A DNA stretch of 64,000 nucleotides from Octopus vulgaris. Its lineage: Eukaryota. The first letter of the stretch is position 1. Each line of letters opens with the position of its first letter. The position numbers and the translations under genes were made by a program. This document shows positions 50,619 to 63,024 of this stretch, piece by piece. The notes under the pieces are model-generated. The model had not been told where the DNA came from. It worked only from the letters and a program-made list of their open reading frames with translations, and made no database searches. Where the stretch lies: assembly GCA_951406725.2 (NCBI GenBank), contig OX597831.1, positions 43,028,001-43,092,000 on the forward strand. Direction: 5' to 3'.

Positions 50619-51125
50619 TTAAACGTTGGCGATGTTTCGCTTGTCGCAGCACAAGTTTCCGTCGATTTCCTTCGTCGATTTCCGTAAAAAACTTTTATTT
50701 TTTTACATAAGTAATGAGAGCGAAAGAGACTAAGAGGAAGCGATTTTATGACGAGGAAATTTCTCTTTGAAGTCCCCGTGTGTGTGTTTGATGGGGTGTG
50801 GGAGACAGACAGTATGTTGTGTAAGTGAAGTGCTTCTGTTAGTGTGTGCGAAGAGACAGAGAGAGTAATGTGTGAAAGAGAGAGATAACTGAAATTTTTT
50901 ACTCGGTGTATGTGTATATGTATGTGTGTGTGTGTATGTATCTATGTATGTGTGTGTGTGTATGTATGTGTGTGTGTGTGTATGTATCTATGTATGTGTG
51001 TGTGTATGTATGTGTGTATGTATGTATGTATGGCCGATTCAGTGTTTACATTTTTTACGGAAATCGACGGAGAAAATCGACGGAAACGTGTGCTACGACA
51101 AGCGAAACTTCGCCTAAACGTTTAA
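50619..51125. mobile_element. MITE with ~70-bp TIRs (superfamily unresolved; TTAA or TA flanks)
   Basis: TTAAACGTTGGCGATGTTTCGCTTGTCGCAGCAC..CGATTTCCGTAAAAA vs TTTTTACGGAAATCG..GTGCTACGACAAGCGAAACTTCGCCTAAACGTTTAA. Confidence 0.75.
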
Positions 51126-51244
51126 CGTATTAGTGCGTAGAATTCCAATTCATTCAGCCGTTTTCAATAAACTGCTGTATGAAAGCCACGGCATGCTCTT
51201 CTTGGCTGAGCTGTTGAATATACCATTCTACAACTGCGCGGTAC

Positions 51245-51460
51245 GGGCTCACTAGTTGTCCGTGAGCCTCCACACACAGACACACACACACACACACACG
51301 ACGCATATTTCTCTCTCTCCATTTTTTCTTTCACTTTCTCTCTCTCTCTCTGCCGAAGAACTTAGGCTCGAAACATCAAAGACTTTTCCATTTTTCCCAA
51401 GCGTCAAACTAAAACACCTGCTGGTTGTTTTTTTTTTACCTGTCTGTCTTTTGTATAGTT
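51245..51460 (+). mobile_element. Diverged family H1 hammerhead-bearing element
   Basis: CTGCCGA-AGAACTTAGGCTC-GAAACATC-AAAGAC at 51350-51383; body homologous to 4929-5118. Confidence 0.55.
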
Positions 51461-51473
51461 GAACTAGATACAT

Positions 51474-51508
<35 letters not shown>

Positions 51509-51551
51509 GCTTTCACTTATACTTCTCGCTTTTTCTCGCTCCTTTTTAATA

Positions 51552-51926
51552 TGGAAGCACTCCGTCGGTTACGACGACGAGGGTTCCGGTTGATCCGAAT
51601 CAACGGAACAGCCTGCTCGTGAAATTAACTGAGCACTCCACAGACACGTGTACCCTTAACGTAGTTCTCGGGGATATTCAGCGTGACACAGAGAGTGACA
51701 AGGCCGGCCCTTTGAAATACAGGTACAACAGAAACAGGAAGTAAGAGTGAGAGAAAGTTGTGGTGAAATAGTACAGCAGGGATCGCCACCACCCCCTGCC
51801 GGAGCCGCGTGGAGCTTGAGGTGTTTTCGCTCAATAAACACTCACAACGCCCGGTCTGGGAATCGAAACCGCGATCCTACGACCACGAGTCCGCTGCCCT
51901 AACCACTGGGCCATTGCGCCTCCACT
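51552..51926 (-). mobile_element. Young tRNA-derived SINE, family D, with 13-bp TSD
   Basis: Head GGAGGCGCAATGGCCCAGTGGTTAGGGC..GGTTTCGATTCCC. TSD CTCCTTTTTAATA at 51539-51551 and 51927-51939. CpG-rich. Confidence 0.9.
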
Positions 51927-53117
51927 CTCCTTTTTAATAGTCAATTTTGCATACGACTAAATCTTTTTTTTTTATCGTAGAATTGCTGATGGATCTATTA
52001 TTTGTCCAGGTAACTCGCTGTCTTATTATAAAATCGATGCCTAATAGTTCTGACCATTATGTTGTCAATAATTGGAATAATTTTCTACAACCCTGGGAAT
52101 TTGTACAAAGACAAAGAATCAAATTGTTTTGGAGTCATATGAAGAAGTTGAATATTGAGAAATCGCAACGAAAGCTCGTCGTCTTTAGGTGCTCGTGGGT
52201 ACGGGTGTTGTTCCAAAGTAGGCCCTACACCCATTAAACCCAGACAAAATATAATTCAATAGCCCATTAATTTCCCTGGATCCTTTGCTGCAGCAGTGGC
52301 GTAACTACAGCGTGTGCCGTTCGGGGCAGCCCTTGAGTTAACTATGCAGGCTTATACCACACGCCCATAAAAATATCACTCAGGGAGGACCACCAACTCG
52401 CACCCATGAAATTAACTTATGGTCTACAGAGCACAACCACACTTCGTTAATTATTTAAGGGATTATAAATGATGTAACGACATCTTTACATCAGCACGTG
52501 GAAAAGTAATTGGGAGAAGCTATCCGTGTATTATAATAGGAACTCAATGTCAATAGATCAGCTACTACAGTATTTGTCCAGAGATAACATCTGTTGTGGA
52601 TTTGCCGTGTTAAAGATAAACTATAGGGGACGAAAATTGCTCCAGCAGCGGCCAGCGAGAGAACCAGATGCATTTCAGCCTTTTGGGGTTTTTTAAAGGC
52701 ACATTCTAGTAGCCTTCTCGGACGAGAATTCGAAGTTTCCGATATAAGGTGTGTGTATGTGGGGGTGGGTGAATAAAACACTTTTGTTGCGAATAGCTGA
52801 TAAAAGGAAAATCAGAGCAATTAAAGGTTAATATAATATAATAAACTAGCAACAAATTTATTTTTATCGTTAATTCTACGTATTTATTTATTCTTCTAGA
52901 TTCTCCTGCTTATTTAAATTCGTCATCAGTGTAATATTTTGACTTGCATACAAAATAAAAATAAAATGGGAAAGAGAGTGAATAAAAATGAAAAAGAGGC
53001 TATGTATATATTTATGTTTAGGAAGTTGAGCATCAAGACGTTGAAACTGATATCTACCGAGTCAAAGAAAACAATAGGGTTATCGGTTGTATCAATCAAT
53101 CCATCTAGCAGTATATA

Positions 53118-53962
53118 CAGGGTGCGATGGGTAAATTTCTGCCATTTTATATTTCTAATTTCGCGCATGCACATCGTTTGTTTTTGATTTTGTCGACTAC
53201 ACAGTATGGTAGAGTCAGTTGAGCACCGTCTGTGAGAAAACACCACCATGACGCAATTCACTCTGCCAGAAATTTGGAAACGACATGTTGTACTGCTTGG
53301 CATTCGCGCCGGAAGCTTCAACATTTTAGAGTGTTTAGGTGTCAATCTGAAGTCAGAGCAATCTAAGGACATGTACCGAAAATGACAAAAACCAAACATC
53401 CAGTCAACGACATGGTGTTCGGAGTGATCACTAGTGATAGCGACATTATGTCTCCATTTTTCCACACAACTCGGAGGCCTACATCAAGTGCCTGGAGGAA
53501 GTAGTGCTGCCTGCTGGAAGACCCTATATCTGGCAACAGGGCTCTGCACCATGCCACATAAGCAAGTGAATCCAGTCATGGCTGTTAGACAATTTCTGCG
53601 GCATCACCCCAAACATCTGGCCACCTCACGCCTCAGACTGCAACCCCACTTGATTATTTTGTGTGGGGCGCAGTTGAGTGGGAGATTAATAAAACTCCTT
53701 GTAACACCAAAGATGAACTGAAGGCAAGGATGATGGCAGCATTCACCAACTTAAACAAAGGGAGCGTCCAGAAAAGTTGCAGGTGACTCCGAAGTCGTCT
53801 GGAGGCCGTGGTTTGAAGCCAATAGCAATTTTATTGAATAAATTTACTTTAGTATTTCAAAATATTATTATGTAATTTTGGTAAATATATATGTTAAAAT
53901 GAGATGTCAGTGCTATTTTCATTTTGGCGTAATTTAGACGAGAGTTTATTCACTGCACCTTG
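53118..53962 (+). mobile_element. Internally deleted Tc1/mariner element (DD37D/maT-like)
   Basis: TA|CAGGGTGCGATGGGTAAA ... TTTATTCACTGCACCTTG|TA. Fragments KTKHPVN.MVFGVITSD, WQQGSAPCH and DCNPLDYFVWG..CNTKDELKA. Confidence 0.85.
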
Positions 53963-54884
53963 TATCATGATGTGATTTAGTCTCAGGTTTGTCCTCTTTG
54001 ATCACACCTACAATCAAAACGTGTTCTGGCCATAAATCTTTCTCTCTCTCATACATTGCATATCTAAGACTACATTATTCTATTAGTATCTCCATTATCC
54101 TCTTTTTTATGATGAAGGGTAGGGTGTAATTTTTAGGGAACTTTGCTGCTATTTCGAGGAATCATGGAATGTTTCTTTCGTTGGTTCATGCAGTAAATAG
54201 GTAAGTAGTGAGAGAGGGAGATAGGTCTGCCACTAACGTCAAATGCAAGAAGATTGTATAATTAACGAATGCTTAAAATGTTAAACATCTACATATAAGT
54301 AATCAACTCACGTAGGCCTGAGCCACAAGTGACGGCAGTTCTGTTTCAACAATTCTATAATGCTCCATTCTAAAGCGCATTTAACATGAATGAATGAAAC
54401 TGGAATAATTGTCAGATTATTATAAAGAAAAAAAGGTTTAGTGGAGACCAATCCAGCACCTGACTAATATTTGTTTTAACAACGCCAAAAGGATGAAAAG
54501 GGAAAATGCTTCGTCGGGATTTGAATTCAAAATCTAACGGATTAGAGCAAATACTGCAAAGTACTCGCATTAATAAAAATGTTGCTTGGTTTTGTGTGAT
54601 TAAGAAGTTTGCTTTTTCAACACGTGGTTTCGCGTTCAATCCTTCTGCATGGTGCCTCGAGGAAGTATCTTTTGCTGTAGCTCCGGGTCGATCCAAGTCT
54701 TTGGGGGCGGATTTAGCATACGGAACCAAAGTATGTCATATACATACAAATATACATACATGTATGTGTTATGTATATGTGTATATGTTGACATTGTGCA
54801 ACAGTTGTAACTGATTGTTACAGTCATACAAGCAGTGTCCTTAATTTCCAATATTCTTAGAAAACATGTCTTGCCATATAAAGA

Positions 54885-55511
54885 AATATTCTTTTCTACT
54901 CTAGGCACAAGGCCCGAAATTTTGCGGAGAGGGGGGGGGTGGCAATCGATTAGATTGACCCCAGTATGCAACTGGTACTTAATTTATCGACCCCAAAAGG
55001 ATGAAAGACAAAGTCGAACTCGGCGGAATTTGAACTTTGAACGTGAAGACAGACGAAATATCGCTAAGCATTTCGCCCGGCGGGCTAATGTATCTTATTT
55101 CTTTATTGCCCATAAGGAGCTAAACATAGAGGTGACAAACAAGGGCAGATAAAGGGATTAAGTCGATTATATCGATCCCAGTGCGTAACTGGCACTTAAT
55201 TTATCCAGCTGGCAGAAACGTTAGCACGCCGGGCGAAATGCGTAGCCGTATTTCGTCTGCCGCTACGTTCTGAGTTCAAATTCCGCCGAGGTCGACTTTG
55301 CCTTTCATCCTTTCGGGGTCGATAAATTAAGTACCAGTTATGCACTGGGGTCGATATAATCGACTTAATCCGTTTGTCTGTCCTTGTTTGTCCTCTGTGT
55401 GTTTAGCCCCTTGTGGGTAGTAAAGAAATAGGTACTTGATTTATCGACCCCGAACGGATGAAAGGCAAAGTCGACCTAGGCGTGCTAACGTTTCTGCCAG
55501 CTCGCCGCCTT
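54885..55511. mobile_element. Nested family B SINE cluster: a plus copy (55206-55430) inside a minus copy, plus a second minus copy
   Basis: Imperfect TSD GCACTTAATTTATC / GTACTTGATTTATC around the plus-strand copy. Confidence 0.8.
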
Positions 55512-55912
55512 ACCATAAAGAAATATTACCTTACTTGGAGACAGTTAAAGATTTGTGACGGGAAATGCATCCGTCACAAGAAAACCTGCCTCAACAAAGT
55601 TCGTACGACTCAAGGAAGCATCGAAAAGCGATCATTAAAATGATAAAAGTGCACAGCTTTGTTAGAGAGACGACGAATGTAAAGAGGTTCACAATTTACG
55701 ATGAATTTAAATTCCAATAGGGTGTCGGCTATTTCCATTACTCCCCAGTGAGCAATAAAATAAGTACTGTGATCATGTACTAGAGCTGATAATGTATATT
55801 GCATTTATCTTGGCTTTTCAGTTCCTCGATGTCTTGACATATGGCGAATCTTTCACATTTTGGATCTGGCAACACCCATCCTTCTCCAGACTTTACCACG
55901 GTCGATTTCTTC

Positions 55913-56068
<156 letters not shown>

Positions 56069-56124
56069 ACAATGAACTTTAGTATAAGACTAATATTTCG
56101 TTAGCCTTGAAAAAAGTAGTAAAG

Positions 56125-56365
56125 TTCCTTCCCGAATCATATATAGTCATAAGGGGCGGTTTCCCAGTTTCCAAGACGTATATATTTCCCACCTGGACGG
56201 GATGCCGGTCTATCGCAGGATTACTGAGTTTTGTCAGCTGAGTGGGCTGAAGCGACGTGAAATGAAGTGTTTTGCTCAAGAACACAACGCGTTGCCCGGT
56301 CCAGGAATCGAAACCACAATCTTACGATCATGAGTTCAACACCTCTAACCACTAAGCCACGCGCT
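56125..56365 (-). mobile_element. tRNA-derived SINE related to family C
   Basis: GCGCGTGGCTTAGTGGTTAG..GGTTTCGATTCCTGG..GTTCTTGAGCAAAACACTT. Confidence 0.75.
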
Positions 56366-56538
56366 CTACTCATCAACCTCGAAAGGATAAAAGGAAAAGT
56401 TGACCTCGGCGAGATTTGAACTCAAATCGTAGAGAATCGGAACGATTATCGCAAAGAAATTTATCCGACACTCTAACACTTCTGTCAAATGGCCACTTAA
56501 CGATGTATACGGCCATGCAAGCACATAAAAAAAAAAAC

Positions 56539-56917
56539 CTCTTAATTGTTCCAGTCATTTGTAAGCGGCCATGCTGGGGCACCGCCTTGAAGAATTTAAG
56601 TCGAACGAGTCGATCCCAGTACTTTTTTTTTTAAAGCCTGATATTTATCTTATCAGACTCTTTTGCCGAACCGCTAAGTTACGGGGACATAAACACGCCT
56701 GTCGTTGATGGGGGTCAAACAGACACAAACACACACACACGTATATATAGACACACGACGGGTTTCTTTCAATTTTCGTCCACCAAATCCACTCTCGAGG
56801 TTTTGGTCGGCCCGAGGCTATAGTAGAAGACACTTGCCCAGGATGTCACACAGTTGGACTGAACCCGGAACCATGCGGTTGGGAAGCAAAGTTCAAACCA
56901 CACAGCCACGCCTGCGC
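56539..56917 (-). mobile_element. SINE family A
   Basis: Colinear with the other family A copies. Confidence 0.85.
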
Positions 56918-57439
56918 TAATTAATAATTTATTTTTTTTTACATATATAATCATCTTCTTCCCTCCTTCCTTCTTTCCTTGCGACACATCAAGTTGACGA
57001 ACGACCTCTAGTGACATCTTTGACAAGTAATAGGTGTTTATCTTGGAATTTCCGCGGGAGAATAGAAAAGGTGGCTTCTTGTAACCTTGCTCCAGTTTCT
57101 TCCTTTTAAAATTTTCTTTATCTTCTTTACACGACGCCATCTTATCTTTCTCTGAGAGCGAAGAGTGAGAGAAAGAAGGAGAGAGAGACAGAGAAGAAAC
57201 GACTCCGAGAGCGACAGGTATTTTATTTAGCGCTCCCGAAAAGATGACAGGAAAGGCTGATCTCGGCAACAATTGAACAGAGGGTGTAGAGAGCTAGAAC
57301 AAATGTTGCAAAGCACTAAGAAGTTTGCTTCCCATCCACATGGTGTCGGGTACAGTCTCATTGCGTGACACCTTGGGCAAGTGTTTTCTACCGTAACCTT
57401 GAGTCGACCAAAGTCTTGTGTGCGGATTCGGTAGACAGA

Positions 57440-57498
<59 letters not shown>

Positions 57499-57499
57499 C

Positions 57500-57716
57500 A
57501 CGCGGTCATTCAAAATGTGACCGCGTGTGTACCGTTGGCGATTTTTTTTCCTCTGTCTTCCCTTCTCTGGATCTTTCCTTTTCGTATGTTTCTGACGAAG
57601 AGCTCCGCTCGAAACGTAAAATCCTCCTTCTTCCCTTCCTTCCTGAGCGTCCAATAATACTATATTTGTTCCACGTCCTCGCGTTGTTGTGTTTTTTTGT
57701 GCTTTCATGTTTGGAT

Positions 57717-57720
<4 letters not shown>
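57500..57720 (+). mobile_element. Hammerhead-bearing element (family H1b) between (TA)n tracts
   Basis: Homologous to 17220-17430. Confidence 0.75.
57589..57624 (+). ncRNA. Minimal type I hammerhead ribozyme with intact core
   Basis: TTT-CTGACGA-A-GAGC TCC GCTC-GAAAC-GTA-AAA: conserved CUGANGA, GAAA and GUH. Stem III is reduced to the palindrome ACGT, which would require dimerisation. Confidence 0.6.
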
Positions 57721-57771
<51 letters not shown>

Positions 57772-58038
57772 TATATATATCATCGCTTAACAACCAGTGC
57801 TGGTTTGTGAACGTGCTCATAGCTTAGTGATTCGGCAAAAAGACTGATAGAATAAATACCGGGCTTATTCAACCGAAAAACATTCTGAGGTCGATTCATT
57901 CGACTAAAAACTCTTGAAGGCATTGCTCCAGCATGGTCTCAGTCTAATGACAGAAACAAGTAAAAGATAAAAGATGATAGAGGTGTTCAAACATCTGCCT
58001 ATTGGTAGCCTACATTCATCTTAAGATACATGAAGAAG

Positions 58039-58074
<36 letters not shown>

Positions 58075-58082
<8 letters not shown>

Positions 58083-58340
58083 AATATGTTACATTACTCG
58101 GTAGTCAAGATAAAACTCTGAGTTTCAGATGCCGAAGTGGAAATCCACAACACCATCTCTTCGGTTATCTGGCTATTTCCGAAGCGAAGAGATGGTGTTG
58201 TGGATTTCCACTTCGGCATCTGAAACTCAGAGTTTTATCTTGACTACCGAGTAATGTAACATATTATTGTATAGATAAATTTCCTCTATTTACATAATAT
58301 TGAGGTCTCTTTCTTTCTTTTGTTATCTTACCGTTTTATC
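58075..58340. mobile_element. Inverted-arm hammerhead-bearing element in (TA)n, copy 2
   Basis: Perfect 89-bp arms at 58075-58163 and 58185-58273, a 21-nt spacer, and a one-sided extension to 58340. Confidence 0.75.
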
Positions 58341-58725
58341 TATATATATATATCTATATATATATATATATATTGACAGAATGAGATGAAAAAAACTAAG
58401 GCAGTAAATAAGATTTCATAACATTTATCCTGGCTGATTTGAACACGAAATGTCAGACAGCGAATAAAAAGCAATTTTACATCATCCGTGTAAAGCTTAA
58501 TACATGCTTGTTCATTTATTTATTTTTCCTCGTCTTTTATATCCAATCCTATCTTTTGACATTTTATAAAGTCCATATATATATAAATATACATACATAT
58601 ATATATATATGTATATTTATAATCCTCCTACGCCATCTTACTACCGCCAGCAGCTTTACTAGACAGCGAGTAAAATCGAGAGAGAGAGAGAGAGCCATAG
58701 ATAAAAAGATAGACAAACACATTTA

Positions 58726-58986
58726 GGTACTATTTAAGAAGAGTGGTCCCAGTGCGCGCACTCGCGTATCCGCGCTAGCTAGTCAAGACTAGTCGATCCT
58801 TTGTGATTTTTCTATTTTATTTACTTTGTTTGACAAAAATTATTTACTTTGTGTAAAAAATTATCTATTTTGTGTTTTATTTACTTTGCTAGTTAGTCGT
58901 TGTAGGATCGACTAGTCACGTCTAGCTAGTGCGGATGCGTGAGTATGCGAGTGCGCGCACCGGGGCCACTCTTCTTAAATAGTACC
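58726..58986. mobile_element. MITE with long TIRs and perfect 8-bp TSD (Merlin-like)
   Basis: TIRs begin GGTACTATTTAAGAAGAGTGG; TSD CACATTTA at 58718-58725 and 58987-58994. Confidence 0.85.
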
Positions 58987-58999
58987 CACATTTATTTTT

Positions 59000-60030
59000 T
59001 ACCTTTTAATTGTTACAGGCATTAGACTGCGGCCATGCTGGGACACCGTCGGGAAGAATGTTTAGTGGAACGAATCTGCTACGGTAATTACTTTTTCAAA
59101 AGCCCGGTACTTATTCTATAGGTCTCCTTTGCCAAATCGCTCGGTTATGAGGGCGTAAACACACCAACACCGGTTTTCAAGTGGGGGTAGTGGTGGACAA
59201 ACACAGATACAAAAACACGTATACATATCGGATTCCCACACAGTTTCCGTCAACCAAATCTGCTCATAGGTTTTGGCCGGCCCGAAGTTACAGCAGACAG
59301 CACTTGCCCAAGGTGCCATGCAGTGAAACTGAACCCTTAACCATGTGGTTCATAAGCAAACTTGTTACTATACAGCCACGCCAATCTATTTCTGGTTCCA
59401 GTCACTTGAGTGCGACCATGCTGGAGCACTGTCTTGAAGGGAAATGGGCAACCTTTTTCAAAAAGTGGGCCAGGTGAAACATGGTTCATCATCAGGCAAG
59501 CCCCTCTACTAAAAGAAATTCAAGATATTTTTTTCATTAGGCGTACTTTTCAGAAAGTCCCGCGGGCCGCAATTTGTCCACGACTAGTTTAGTCGAACAA
59601 ATCGACCCCAGTATTTACTCCTTTTAAGTCAGGTACTTAGTCAATCGAATACCTTTGCCGAACCGCTAAGTTACTGGGACGTAAACAAATATCGGTTCTC
59701 GACCAATGGGGATCGAGGACAAACACACGGTACAGCTTTGAGGGGTTTAGTCAAAGAAAACAGACTTCAGTACCTTTTTTCAAGCTTAGTACTTATTCTA
59801 TCGGTCCCTTTTGCCAAACTGCAAATTTTCGGGGACCTAAACAAAACCAACAAGCAGAGCGGTGGACCCAAACCGCTCTCGCGCGCGCAACGGCATTCTA
59901 CAGTTTCTGTCAACTAAACTGACATCATTCGTTGGTCAGTCCAGGGCTGACTTGCTTAGAATACACTTGCCCCTAGGTGTTGTGCAGTGGGACCGAACTC
60001 GACAACACGTGGCTGCAAAGCGACATCCTG
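59000..60030 (-). mobile_element. Cluster of diverged family A SINEs with a possible small hAT-like insertion (~59440-59585)
   Basis: Repeated GTACTTATTCTAT..TTTGCC..TAAGTTA blocks. The insertion ends ATGGGCAACC / TTTGTCCACG are only weakly inverted. Confidence 0.65.
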
Positions 60031-60332
60031 AACTACATATTCAGCTATTGGAAAGGTGGATGCAGAAACGACATACGAGTAGACAGTGGCAAGGTTAGAT
60101 AGAATGTGAGATAAACAGATGGGCGTAGGGAATAGAGAGCTGTATACGCTGAAGGCAAAGTTTACGACAGACAATGAAATTTTAGACAAAGTTCAACGAG
60201 TTTAATAGGAGCAAAAGATAAAGCGATAAGTTCTTATAAAAACTCGATGACATTTTTTTTTCCTATTTCTTTTGACGCACTGCAGCAAGGTCTTGGATTT
60301 GACATTTTGCTTATCAAGTCGTTTAAAATGTC

Positions 60333-60379
<47 letters not shown>

Positions 60380-60929
60380 TACACACACACATACACGCAC
60401 ACACCTATTGTTACCTGTTTCTCTTTTGTTTGTTTTGGGAATGTGTACGCTTTGGTAATTATATTAAAAAAATGTATTTTTAAATTCGCAGCATTTGTAT
60501 TTTATTTACATAGCAAACGACTTAGGCTAATTGAATTACACACGTGTTTGCCAGTTATATAAACTGTTGGCTTTTCATTTCAAGGTTGTGAGGATGGTGG
60601 GTTAGCACCCGCCCCGGCCTGCTTCGTTGGAGGGGTGCCGCAATCAAATCGTTCCAACCATGACCATCTCATCTAATTTTTTTAGAGAATTTATTAAATT
60701 GTCTTTTTCTGTTTTTTTTTTTTTTTTGTCTCTTCTTATAATCTCAAGGAAGATTTTGCTGTTATATTTAGCCGGGCAAGCGGCCACTTAGAGTCTCCCG
60801 TGTATATAATGGGTATGAGGGAGTCCACTAGATTGTTTTAGCCAACGAAAGAGCTCGCCGCTAGTACGTGTTAGCTAGACATGCTAGAAATAGCAGTCAA
60901 TCTTCCTCAAATAACACCTTACCGCCTTT

Positions 60930-60977
<48 letters not shown>

Positions 60978-61190
60978 AGCGACACATTTCATAAATGGCA
61001 CTTCTAAACATCCGTAAAAAGGGGATGGTTTGAACGTAGATCTGCTCAATCAAACGTGACCTGCTACCTAGCAACAATAAGAGTATTTATAAGGATGGAC
61101 GACAGCGCTTTCTAGGGTAGATTTGACTAGTTATTTTCTTCCTTTACAAAGCGAGTTAATGAATGGAACTAAAGACGAAGTTTTCAAACG

Positions 61191-61244
<54 letters not shown>

Positions 61245-62733
61245 CACACACAAAGTGGAGGGGTTAAGAAATAAAAGAATATAAAATCATCGGATTCTTC
61301 CATATATGAATTTGTTCATTGTGTAAGGCATGTACCTACATTAAGTTATTAAACAAAAAAAATAAATAATAAATAACATGCTTAGGGTACAAAGGAAAGA
61401 AAGTACCCCTGATTTTCTTCTTTTTCAATGTCGAATTTACCTTGGTGTAAAAGATATAATATAACAGGTTGGGTTTTTTTTTATGTAAGTTACGAAAATG
61501 TTCATCTCTTCCCGTTGTTTCAATAAATACCATACACAACAACAAAAGGAAAACAATAAAATAAAAGGCTATATACTTAATATAGTTGTGTGGCCTAGCT
61601 TGTGGTATAATCTAGAAAACTGAATTTGTTGATCTATTATCATTTCAAATTCAATATTTATTATCTTAAAGTCTTCTCTGGAAGACAATGGAAGGGTCGA
61701 TGAGAAAAACCTTTGTAGTTAGGGCATAAGTTGGACTCAATCCGGCCCTGACGTAGGAAATACGTATATATAAAAAAAAACAACAGATAAGAACATTTTC
61801 AAACAATAACATTCAGTAACAAGATTCGCTTTGTGAATCAAACGAGCGTCTTGTTGTCATTGTTATTGCCTTTTGTTCGGTTCATTCATGTTTATCTTTC
61901 AGTTCTGATGAAAGAAAGAAAGAAAAAAGAAAAGTGTTATCACTAAACGTATATTATAATACGCTTAAGTGTATACATTCGTCAATTTCCTTGATTCATT
62001 GTTTTAAACTATGAATGAAGTTACGTAGGAAAAAATTCTTTTTATAATAATTTAAACAGTAAGGTCACCTGTTAAAACGCTACAAGTTTTTAAAGGAAAA
62101 CAGAAAAAAGGTAGCATTCTTTTATTGGCTATAAAGGCCCAAGAGGTTGGAGACAGAAAGTATAATGCCTTAAGCTGATAAAAATAATGAATTAAATTGA
62201 AAAAGGTTTCAATCGTCATTTTAAAATAGAAAACATACCATTATATACGTATAAATATAATCTGAATAACGGAGAATAATCTAAACATACAATAAATAAC
62301 AAAAATGCATCGTCATAACATTCATAAGATATTTATCACAAGAACACGAACAATAATACTTTATAATAATAACATGAAAGAAAGCATTTGAACATAAAAA
62401 ATTTACTCTATCAACATCAAAAACAGCTGTACGAACGTTAAACATAAGGTGCAATGAATAGCGCACCTGAAACTGATATTTTTTACATCGTAAATAATAA
62501 TGATAATAATGCTGATACATACACAATACAATATTGCTTAATATTACCGAGTGAGAGCAAAAAGAAACACGAGTATGTATGAAAATAATTGTGTAACTGG
62601 TTATAAATGTTTACTTACCGATAAAGATAATTTTTGCAAAATAGCAGCGCAAGGCGGAAAACACACCATATAAAATCTATAGATATATAGGTAAAATATA
62701 TATATATATTAAAATATGTTTATATATATATAT

Positions 62734-62788
<55 letters not shown>

Positions 62789-62985
62789 GTGTATAATATA
62801 TGTATATATTTATTATCTTTTATATAGGTGTCTGTTTACTGCTGTTCGCTTGCTTATACGTACAGTGATAGAGAGAAAAAGTGAGAATGCGTGTGTATGA
62901 GCGGGAGAAGAGGCAACACAGCGTAATAAAAAAAAGTGCTTCAGGCTTCGGCTAAAACATCAACCTAAGCAGGTGTCTGCTTGTG

Positions 62986-63024
62986 TGACGTAATCGTTCG
63001 TCACTTCCGGGTCCAGTTACGTCA
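62986..63024. promoter_or_regulatory. Candidate promoter/enhancer: bZIP-ETS-bZIP motif cluster
   Basis: TGACGTAA (62986-62993), CACTTCCGG (63002-63010) and TTACGTCA (63017-63024) in non-repetitive, CpG-containing DNA. Confidence 0.4.

Noticed and set aside
51850-51926. tRNA-like sequence
   Set aside because: It is the head of a SINE bounded by a 13-bp TSD, with no acceptor-stem closure or T-run terminator. The same applies to the other SINE heads.
52295-52335. hAT-like left end CAGTGGCGTAACTAC; similar orphan ends at ~61738-61750 and ~63588
   Set aside because: No matching opposite TIR or TSD could be located, so no element is called.
52926-53721. 179-aa minus-strand and 95-aa plus-strand ORFs
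   Set aside because: Antisense or out-of-frame reads of the degenerate maT-like transposon.
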